DNA from: Thecamonas trahens ATCC 50062
Taxonomy: Eukaryota > Protista > Apusomonadida
Reading direction: 5' to 3'
DNA length: 64,000 nt
Assembly: GCF_000142905.1 (NCBI RefSeq)
Contig: NW_013657624.1
Span: 165,782 to 229,781, forward strand
The stretch's first letter is position 1; the number at the start of each line of letters is the position of its first letter. Of this stretch, positions 56,104 through 64,000 are shown piece after piece. A program made the translations under genes and the position numbers. Below the pieces are notes generated by a model. It had not been told where the DNA came from. It searched no databases and saw nothing but the letters and a program-made list of their open reading frames with translations.

Positions 56104-59100
56104 ATGGGAGGTAAGTATATGCCTGCTCCTGTGCTTGATGTGGTGCCTGTTATGGCTGTGGTGGCCATGAGCGTGGTTGTGGTAAAGGGGCGGGGAGAGG
56201 GGGGGAGTGCAAGAGGATGGATGACATGCGGGTTGGGCTGGTGCCCGAGCTCGACTGGAGCGAGCAAGTCGGACAAGCCGGGCGGGATGGGCAAGCTGTG
56301 ATATGATGTGATATGGTGTGGTGTGATGTGGTGCGTCTTGTACTCATGGTGATGGTGATGATGACGATTATGACGATGGTGACCATGATGATGACCTTGA
56401 TGATGACGATGTTGATGACGATGTTGACGATGATGATGACATCCGTCCCGTGACAGTGCCTGCTCTGTTCAGATACCTCTCCAAGAGGTACCCACGGATT
56501 GTGGTGGATGTCAAGGAGGATGTGCCGGATGAGGGCAAGGATGAGGTGGATACGTCCAAGGCCAACCCAAACGGAATGGAGTTTGACTGTCTTTACCTCG
56601 ACATGAACGGCATCATCCATCCGGCGTCGCACCCCGAGGACAAGCCGGCGCCGTCAACCGAGGACGACATGTATCTGGCCATCTTCGAGTACATCGACAA
56701 GGTCTTTGCCTGTGTCCGGCCACGGAAGATTCTGTACATGGCCATCGATGGCGTTGCGCCACGGGCCAAGATGAACCAGCAGCGCGCGCGCCGGTTCCGC
56801 GCGGCACAGGAGCGCGAGATGCGGGCTGCGGCCGAGGTCCAACTCCGCGAGGAGTGGCTGCGGCTCGGGCGCGAGGTGCCGGAGGAGACCGAAGGCGGCT
56901 TTGACTCGAACGTCATCACCCCGGGCACGCCGTTCATGGCGAAGCTCTCCGTCTACCTCCGTTGGTACATCTCGCTCAAGCTCTCGACCGACCCGGGCTG
57001 GGCTGGCATTGAGGTCATTCTCTCGGACGCGCAAGTGCCTGGCGAGGGTGAGCACAAGATCATGGAGTTTATCCGGGTCCAGCGGGCGCTACCCGGGTAC
57101 GACGCCAACCAGCGTCACGTCATTCACGGCCTCGACGCCGACCTCATCATGCTCGCACTCGCCACCCACGAGCCCCACTTTTACATCCTCCGCGAGCGCA
57201 TCATCTTTGGCCCGCCACTCATCTGCAAGGTGTGCGGCCAGCCTGGGCACGCCGAAGACAAGTGTAAGTTTGCGTCGGCCGAGGCCAAGGCCGCGCTGGC
57301 CGGCGAGCGCAAGGAGACGAGCGCAGCAACGCCGTTCCAGTTCCTCCGCATCCCGGTCCTCCGCGAGTACCTCGCCAAAGAGTTTGAGGGCCCCCACTAC
57401 TCGGTTGCCGGAGGCATGGACCTTGAGCGCATCATCGACGACTATGTGTTTCTCTGCTTTCTCGTGGGTAACGACTTTCTCCCGCACCTCCCCTCGCTCG
57501 ACATTCGCGAGGGCGCCATTGACCGACTCATGGAGCTGTACAAGTCGCTCTTCCCCACCATGGGTGGGTACATTACCGAGAACGGGCGTCTGATCTGGCC
57601 GCGGGCGCAGGCGGTGCTCGCGGCGCTCGCAGTCGACGAAGAGTCGATCTTTGTCGAACGGGCGGCCGATGCAGCCAAGCGCGACGCTCGCGACGAGCAG
57701 CGGACGGCTGAGATTGCGTCGCGGGCGGCTGAGCGCGAGCACTGGAACCTCGTGCGCCGGTACGCCACTCACGTTCCGCGTGCGCCCAGCGATGTCAAGG
57801 CCATCGAGGACGCGCTGGCGGCCGGCAAGACGTCGTCGGCAACGGCGCGGCAGGCGATGGCGGGCGGCGGTGCCCGCGAGGCGTCGCAGTACTCGGCCGA
57901 GGATCTCGCGGCGATGCTGACGCTGTCGGCATCGGAGCCACGGCGCGAGCTAGCGGCGCGGACGCCGATCCGCGACGCCGACCTCCTCGCCCTCTACGAC
58001 GGCATCCGGCAGGTCGCCTCGGGCCCGCCGGGCTCGGTCAAGGTATTCTCAGAGCTATCGGGCTTTTACCGCGCCAAGGGCCACGCGTACGCAGAGACGC
58101 TCGGCCTCGAGCACGACACGCTTGGCGGGCACCCGCACCAGGCGCTGCGCGTGACCAAGACTGGCAGCAAGCCTATCGACGACGCCACAGCCTTTGCTGC
58201 CGACCTCAAGAGCGCGGTCAAGAGCGCGGCAACCGTCTCTGACGCCGACGCCGAGAACAAGACGCGTCTCGGTGACTTTGGATGGCGCGAGCGGTACTAC
58301 GAGCTCAAGTTTGGCAGCGCCGGAACCGATGTGAGTGTGGTGGCACACGCGTACGTGGAGGGCCTCGCCTGGGTCCTGCAGTACTACTACTCGGGCGTGC
58401 CGTCGTGGAACTGGTACTACCCTTATCACTATGCGCCGTTTGCGACCGATCTCGCGTCACTCGAGACGTTTGAGGCCAAGTTTGAGCTCGGCAAGCCATT
58501 CAAGCCGTTCCAGCAGCTGATGGCAGTCTTCCCAGCTGCATCCGGACACGCCATTCCGGCGCCGTTCCGCGCGCTCATGACTGCTGACGACTCGCCGATC
58601 CGCGACTTTTACCCGCTCGACTTTGGCCTCGACATGGAGGGCAAGCGCTACGCATGGCAGGCCGTAGTCCTCCTCCCGTTCATCGATGAAGCACGGCTGC
58701 TGGCGGCGCTCGAGCCGCTGGAGGCCGAGCTCACGCCCGAGGAGCGAGCTCGCTCGCTGCCGGGCCTCACGTACTACGCGGTCCGGGCTGACGCTTCGGT
58801 GGCCCAGACGCTCGAGCTCTCAGAGTTTGCCGCGAGTGCCGATGCTGCCGCGCCTCAAGCCAACAGCGGGAAGCAAAAGCCTGGATGGGCGCTAGCACTC
58901 GTCGCGGCGGGCTGTAAGGAGTGGCCTGGCGCCATGGCTGGCTTTGTCTGGCCGTGCGGCGCAACCCGCCGGCCGGCCTCTATTTATCCTGCCGAGCCGT
59001 TCAGCGGGCGCGACCCGTCAAAGTACTCGATGATCCCGTTCGACAACAATGCACTGATCCTCGCGTACGGCCTCCCGCCCAAGCGGGCCCACCGACCGTT

Positions 59101-59176
59101 TCTCATCCCGGGCGCCCAGCGGCCCAAGCCGATCCTGCGCGCACACGACCGCCCGGTCCGCGGGCGCGGACGCGGA

Positions 59177-59211
<35 letters not shown>

Positions 59212-59827
59212 ACGCGGGCGTGGACGTGGGCGTGACTACTCGCGCGGCTATCAGCAGCCCGGGCGCGGGGGCTACTCGCGGGTGCCGCAACGCGACCAGC
59301 CGCGTGGCTTCCAGGCTGCGCCAAGCCTCATGCCACACGTCCACGGCCATCTGCCTGCGCGCCGGATCATGCCGACCGCGCACTGGACACCAAACCCATT
59401 CCCGCACCCGGGCCCTGCTCCGTGGGCGGGCGGCGGCGCAAGCGGCGGCGCGGCCAGCAGTCACAACGGCAGCAACGTGTCGCGGCCGCCCCTCCCTGCT
59501 GCGCCGCAGGAATGGGTCCCGCCGCGGGCACCGGGCGCGCCACCGGCGCCGCAGCGGCCTGGCGGCCCCGCTTCGTTTGGCGGGATGTACGCGCCGCCGC
59601 CGGCATCGTCTGCGCCAGCACCGCCGTCGCGCAAGCGGCATTGGCGTCCGCAGTCGGGTGACACATCAGCTGGGCGCGGAGGGCAGAACAGCGGCGGGCG
59701 CGGCGGTCGGCGCGGCGGCGGACGCGGTGGTGGGCGCGGTGGAAACCGGTCGGCAGCGGCATCGATCCGCGAAATGCTGCGCAAGAAGCGCAAGGGTCTC
59801 GATGGCGACTTTATTGTCCCACAGTAG
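56104..59827 (+). CDS. XRN2: 5'-3' exoribonuclease 2 (Rat1/XRN2); exons 56104-56110 and 56457-59827
   Basis: MG/VPALFRYL joined across GTAAGT(56111)...ACAG(56456); LYLDMNGIIHP, DGVAPRAKMNQQR, PGEGEHKI, GNDFLPH; zinc knuckle CKVCGQPGH..DKC; RG-rich tail with NLS. Confidence 0.96.
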
Positions 59828-61351
59828 CTCGTGTTTCAAGCGTTTACGCCCAGTCTCTGCCTCTGCGCTCGGGCACATGTCTGTGAGCCGTGGATGCGGG
59901 GGATTGTTGTCGACTATGCAGCACAGCGATTGGCAATTTCATAGCCAGCAACCTTCATGAAGACTCGCCGGCAGGGACTGCCCTGCGGAGCCGCAGCAAG
60001 AGTTGATAATGCCGTTTGCGGGCCGTTTGCGTGGCTCGCAGTGATGCTTGTCGGGTAGCCGTGCCTCTAAGGCGCTGCGGCTGGTGGCGACTAATGTGTC
60101 GGTGACAGGCAGCGCCACACGTGTGTGCGTCGGATGCTCGCGTTTCCACTACGTTTGACATGGCTGGACAAACGTCACGCGGTGCATTGGTAGCTCAGCG
60201 AAGCTGGCTGATGCCGGAGGGAGTGTCGCTGTAAAGGCTAGATGCTTGCGGATGGGGCGAGAAGCTGTTGTACGGTTGTTGGGGCGCTTTCTGTCGGCAG
60301 TGCAGGCGTACGGGGAGATGCGGGATGTTTCATGGCTGGTTCAGGTGGTTATTTGCCGGAGTGAGTGTCTGCGCGGGTTGTTGCCAATCACTTCTAATTG
60401 GAGGTACCTCGGTGGATTTTTCGCCGACCTTGACCAGACGAAACAGAAATCCCGCATTGTGCGACACCCCACTCTGCCGACTCGTGAGGCCCCTTCTGGA
60501 GCTAGCAGGTATTTTTCTGTCCCTCCAAGGTCACCAACAGGTATGTTGATACGTATGGTAGTTGGCGCGCGTTATGGTGTTCGTATGGTAAATACTTAGT
60601 CCTATGTAGCTCCCCCTCCCCCCTAGGGAACACCGTTGGGTTGGGCCGACTTTTGGTCAGCGGTCAAAAAATGCCCGCATCAGTCGTTCGTCTGGTCTCC
60701 GTTGCCAGCCTCATCCCCTGAAAAATGTTCCATGAAAAAACGGCAAAGGTTGATCGAGATCTATCCAGCTTGCCACCACTCGACTTCATTCAGTGCATCG
60801 TACGGTATGTGAGTTGGCCAGCCAACGCATCCGCAATTGGGCAATGTGCGGCCATGCCATGCCTACCATGGTGAATGATGTGTGTGTGGGGAGGAAGGGG
60901 GGGTTCTTTGGGATGCCTTCGGCATGGTGTGTCGGTTCCGGCCCCCTTTGTCATCCCCGTGGGCGTGTGTATGTGGCAGCTGACGAGGTCCGCGACTTGG
61001 CTTCGCTGTCACTACGTAGACTCTGGTCAACCGAAGCTTTTTTCGCTCGGCTTCGTGAAGGCTGGTGCTTTGAGGCAATTTGCACGTACGTTTGGCATGG
61101 TTGGCATCATCCCACGCGAGCGTTTGTTTTTTGTTATTGAGTTGACCAGGTGCGGAGAAGGGGCGGGGGGCAGTGGTCGACGACCCACAGAACGTTGCCC
61201 ACCTCCTATCCTCTTGCCCCCCTTACACCTCACTTACATCCCCATCCTCCACAAGTATAGCATCTTGACAACATCCCCGGCGTCTTGCTTCCCTGGAATT
61301 GACCCAGTCGTTACCTAGTTTCAACCAATCCAAGCCGATACCTCTGCTGAC

Positions 61352-63943
61352 ATGCCGAATCGCAAGCGTGTCTCGCAGGCGTGCGATTTTTGCAGAACAA
61401 ACAAGCGTCGCTGCTCCGGCTGGCCGCCATGCACGCAATGCGTCCGCCGCAAGCGCGAGTGCACCTTTGAGATGGACCGCATCCGGCGGCCGGCAGTGAA
61501 GCCCGGCTCGGTGCCCATCGAAGAGGTCGACCGTATTGCCACCGAGCGCCGGAATGCGGCCAAGGAGGCCAAACGCCGTAAGTCATCTGCCTCAAAGAAC
61601 AGTTCGGGCTGCCCGAAGCCGTCGACCGGGTCAGGCTCGGGATCAGCGCCGACGACTGCGAGTGGCGCGACTGTCCCGCAGGCGAGTGAGATGCCAACGC
61701 CGGTCATGGCCGCTACCTCCGGGTTCGTCGGTGGCTACTCGCCCGGCAGTTTTTCGTCGTCTGCGGCGTCATCGGTGCAGCCGATGCCTGGGCTGTACGC
61801 CGGCGCACCGCTAGCTGGGGCTCCACCGGTGACCTACTCGCGGGTGATGGCGACGGAGATTCCGACGGTGCCGTCGCCGCTGGTGGCGGACCCGCCACTG
61901 GCCGGCCGGGTGGCTAACCGGGTCGGCGGCCTCCAGCTCGACTTGCTTAATGTGGTGGCCAACGGTCTTCCGCCGGGCCTCGACACCTGGTCGCCGCTTC
62001 CGAACCTCCTCACGCTCTCAAACATGACCGAGACTGAGCTCTTTGGGCCGGCCGAGGTGCCTGCGGCCGGCGCCGAGGCCGGCGACGCCTCTGCGGCGAA
62101 CAGCAAGCGGCGGCGCGACGATGACGGCGAAGGCCACCTCGGCGCAACCGATGCGTCGCGGCCGCGCAAGATGGCGCGGCCGCTGCAGGCGCCGTCTGGC
62201 TCTGTCTCGCCGTCGCCAATCGGCATGGTGAAGCTTCCGCCCGGCCCGCCGCTCCCGGCGATTTTCCAGACGACCGAGTCGAAGCAGGTGCTTGCGCTCC
62301 TCGTGGAGACGTACTTTACGTACATCAATGCGATTCCCGGCCTTGTGGTGCGGCGGAGCGAGTTTGAGGCGCTTGCGGCCGGTGGCACGCCCCCGAAGCT
62401 CAGCATTGCCGTCCACGTCCAGTTCTACGTGGCGATGGCGCTTGCGGCGTCGGGACTCAAGCACGCGGTGATGGCGGCGCAGCTGATGCAGCGCGCGTCT
62501 GAGCTTGTGCCGCAGCTCGCGGGTGCGCGCGATGTCGACACGGCCGTCGCCCACACGCTGCTCTTCCTCTCGTACATGGGGGTGAACAACGAGCTGGCGG
62601 GCACGTTCCTCTCGGCAGCGCACACGGTGGTGAGCGCGCTTGTCGACCGCAGCTCCGTTGTGGCGGCTTGTGGCGACTCTGTGGAGCTCGACGCGCTCCT
62701 GACCAAGTTTTCCACAGGCATGGTCCTCTCGTCGGCTCACCAAGAGCAGGCGCGGTTTGTGATGGCCAACCTCTTTGCACTTGTGCACGCGGACACGCTG
62801 GCCAAGATCGAGTCGACTGACGCTGACGCACTGTTTTCGATTGGAGAGGCCAAGCTCCGCGAGCACTGCCCCGAGTCGGCGAGCGTGCGCGGGTACCGGC
62901 CGCTCTCACGCGAGATCGCCACGCTCCTTCTCTCGGCCATTCCGACGGACAAGCTCTTCTCGATGGTCTCGATGCTCCTCGACTCACCAGGGCTGACCGA
63001 GGTCGAGCGCGGGTACCTGGCTGTGGTCCGTGCGGCGGTCGACACCTCGGTGATTGTGCTCGACCAGTGGGACCCGGCGTTTTCGTCACTCCCCGAGCTC
63101 CGCGCGCTCCTCAGCTCGTTCACCACGACGCACCCAGTCGGCTCGTCGCCGGCCGAGGTCGAGTCCCGCAAGCGTGCGCTCGCCGACGCGGCGCCGCTCC
63201 TGGACCGTATGCTCGCGCGGCTGATGGCCATCCGTACGCTCTTCCTCCGTGACGTGGCGGCCGGAGTGCCCAACCCCGACCTCGCTTTTGGTCCGCTCAC
63301 CCTCCTCGTCCTCGCCACCGTCTCGACGTTCATCGGCTTTCTTCACGGTATTGGTGGCAACCAGGAGAGCATGAACAAGATGTGCCGGTCGGCGGTCGAG
63401 TACATCGAGCTCGTGCCGCCGTTGGGCGCACGGCTGCTGCACTCGACGGCGCTGCCGGCGGTGCCAACGCTTGTCACGCTGGCGTTTGTCTTTTTCCGCG
63501 CTGGCGACAGTGCGGCGCTCGCGCGATCGACAGTGCTCCTCTCGGCACTGGCGCGCTCGTCGCGTGTTGCCGCTGCCGCCCTAGCGCTCATCGAGTCATT
63601 GACCGACCCGATTCAGCAAGTCGCAGCTATGACCGGCACCTCGGCACAACAACTATTGGCGCAGCAGCAGCTCGCGAACGGCATCGGCACCAAGAACGCC
63701 CAGCACCAGGCCCGTAACGCTCTTCTCAACCGCAAGTTTGGCGTCCAGCAGAGTCATCCATCTGGCCGCGTCGACTCGTCGCCGCAGCCGGGCGACGTTG
63801 ACACGCTCGGCAACCCTGGCCTTGGCCTCGGCACGCTCAACGTTCGCACGGCAGACTTTCTCTCGGCCGCCCTCAAGACGCCCAAGACTACACCCGGCAC
63901 CGACTACAATCCCGCAGACATGCTCGCTTCCATGGATCTTTAA
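61352..63943 (+). CDS. Zn(II)2Cys6 binuclear-cluster transcription factor with a fungal-TF-like middle region
   Basis: ACDFCRTNKRRCSGWPPCTQCVRRKRECTF (CxxC-x6-C-x5-CxxC-x6-C); LVETYFTYIN..P.LVV....F segment. Confidence 0.9.
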   Translation: MPNRKRVSQACDFCRTNKRRCSGWPPCTQCVRRKRECTFEMDRIRRPAVKPGSVPIEEVDRIATERRNAAKEAKRRKSSASKNSSGCPKPSTGSGSGSAPTTASGATVPQASEMPTPVMAATSGFVGGYSPGSFSSSAASSVQPMPGLYAGAPLAGAPPVTYSRVMATEIPTVPSPLVADPPLAGRVANRVGGLQLDLLNVVANGLPPGLDTWSPLPNLLTLSNMTETELFGPAEVPAAGAEAGDASAANSKRRRDDDGEGHLGATDASRPRKMARPLQAPSGSVSPSPIGMVKLPPGPPLPAIFQTTESKQVLALLVETYFTYINAIPGLVVRRSEFEALAAGGTPPKLSIAVHVQFYVAMALAASGLKHAVMAAQLMQRASELVPQLAGARDVDTAVAHTLLFLSYMGVNNELAGTFLSAAHTVVSALVDRSSVVAACGDSVELDALLTKFSTGMVLSSAHQEQARFVMANLFALVHADTLAKIESTDADALFSIGEAKLREHCPESASVRGYRPLSREIATLLLSAIPTDKLFSMVSMLLDSPGLTEVERGYLAVVRAAVDTSVIVLDQWDPAFSSLPELRALLSSFTTTHPVGSSPAEVESRKRALADAAPLLDRMLARLMAIRTLFLRDVAAGVPNPDLAFGPLTLLVLATVSTFIGFLHGIGGNQESMNKMCRSAVEYIELVPPLGARLLHSTALPAVPTLVTLAFVFFRAGDSAALARSTVLLSALARSSRVAAAALALIESLTDPIQQVAAMTGTSAQQLLAQQQLANGIGTKNAQHQARNALLNRKFGVQQSHPSGRVDSSPQPGDVDTLGNPGLGLGTLNVRTADFLSAALKTPKTTPGTDYNPADMLASMDL

Positions 63944-64000
63944 TCTATAATGAAACACAATCACACGCTGAGAGCGCTTGCTGGCGGTGGTGTGGCGGGT

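Overview
GC-rich, gene-dense, intron-poor nuclear DNA from a flagellated unicellular eukaryote. The gene set (CEP41, CEP44, MKS1, fungal/plant-type ERG8, Zn2Cys6 TF, codanin-1, BRD8) is consistent with an apusomonad such as Thecamonas; this is an inference. About 27 protein-coding loci and 3 assembly gaps are present. Many real genes are missed or mangled by the ORF track because of 5'-proximal introns and frameshifts. Main findings: (1) all eight well-supported introns carry ACTCAY, not the canonical CTRAC/TACTAAC, upstream of the first YAG, suggesting a lineage-specific branch-point code; (2) an unannotated double-guide box C/D snoRNA lies in a probable small-RNA cluster; (3) a divergent, multiply disrupted eIF5A gene and a CEP44 gene are broken by exact short tandem duplications; (4) a secreted beta-propeller-like protein looks bacterial; (5) XRN2 has an inserted R3H domain; (6) a shootin/WH2-like actin regulator has a 114-bp coding repeat array; (7) some convergent genes have stop codons only 2-7 bp apart. 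Several single-base frameshifts lie in homopolymer runs and are most likely sequencing errors.
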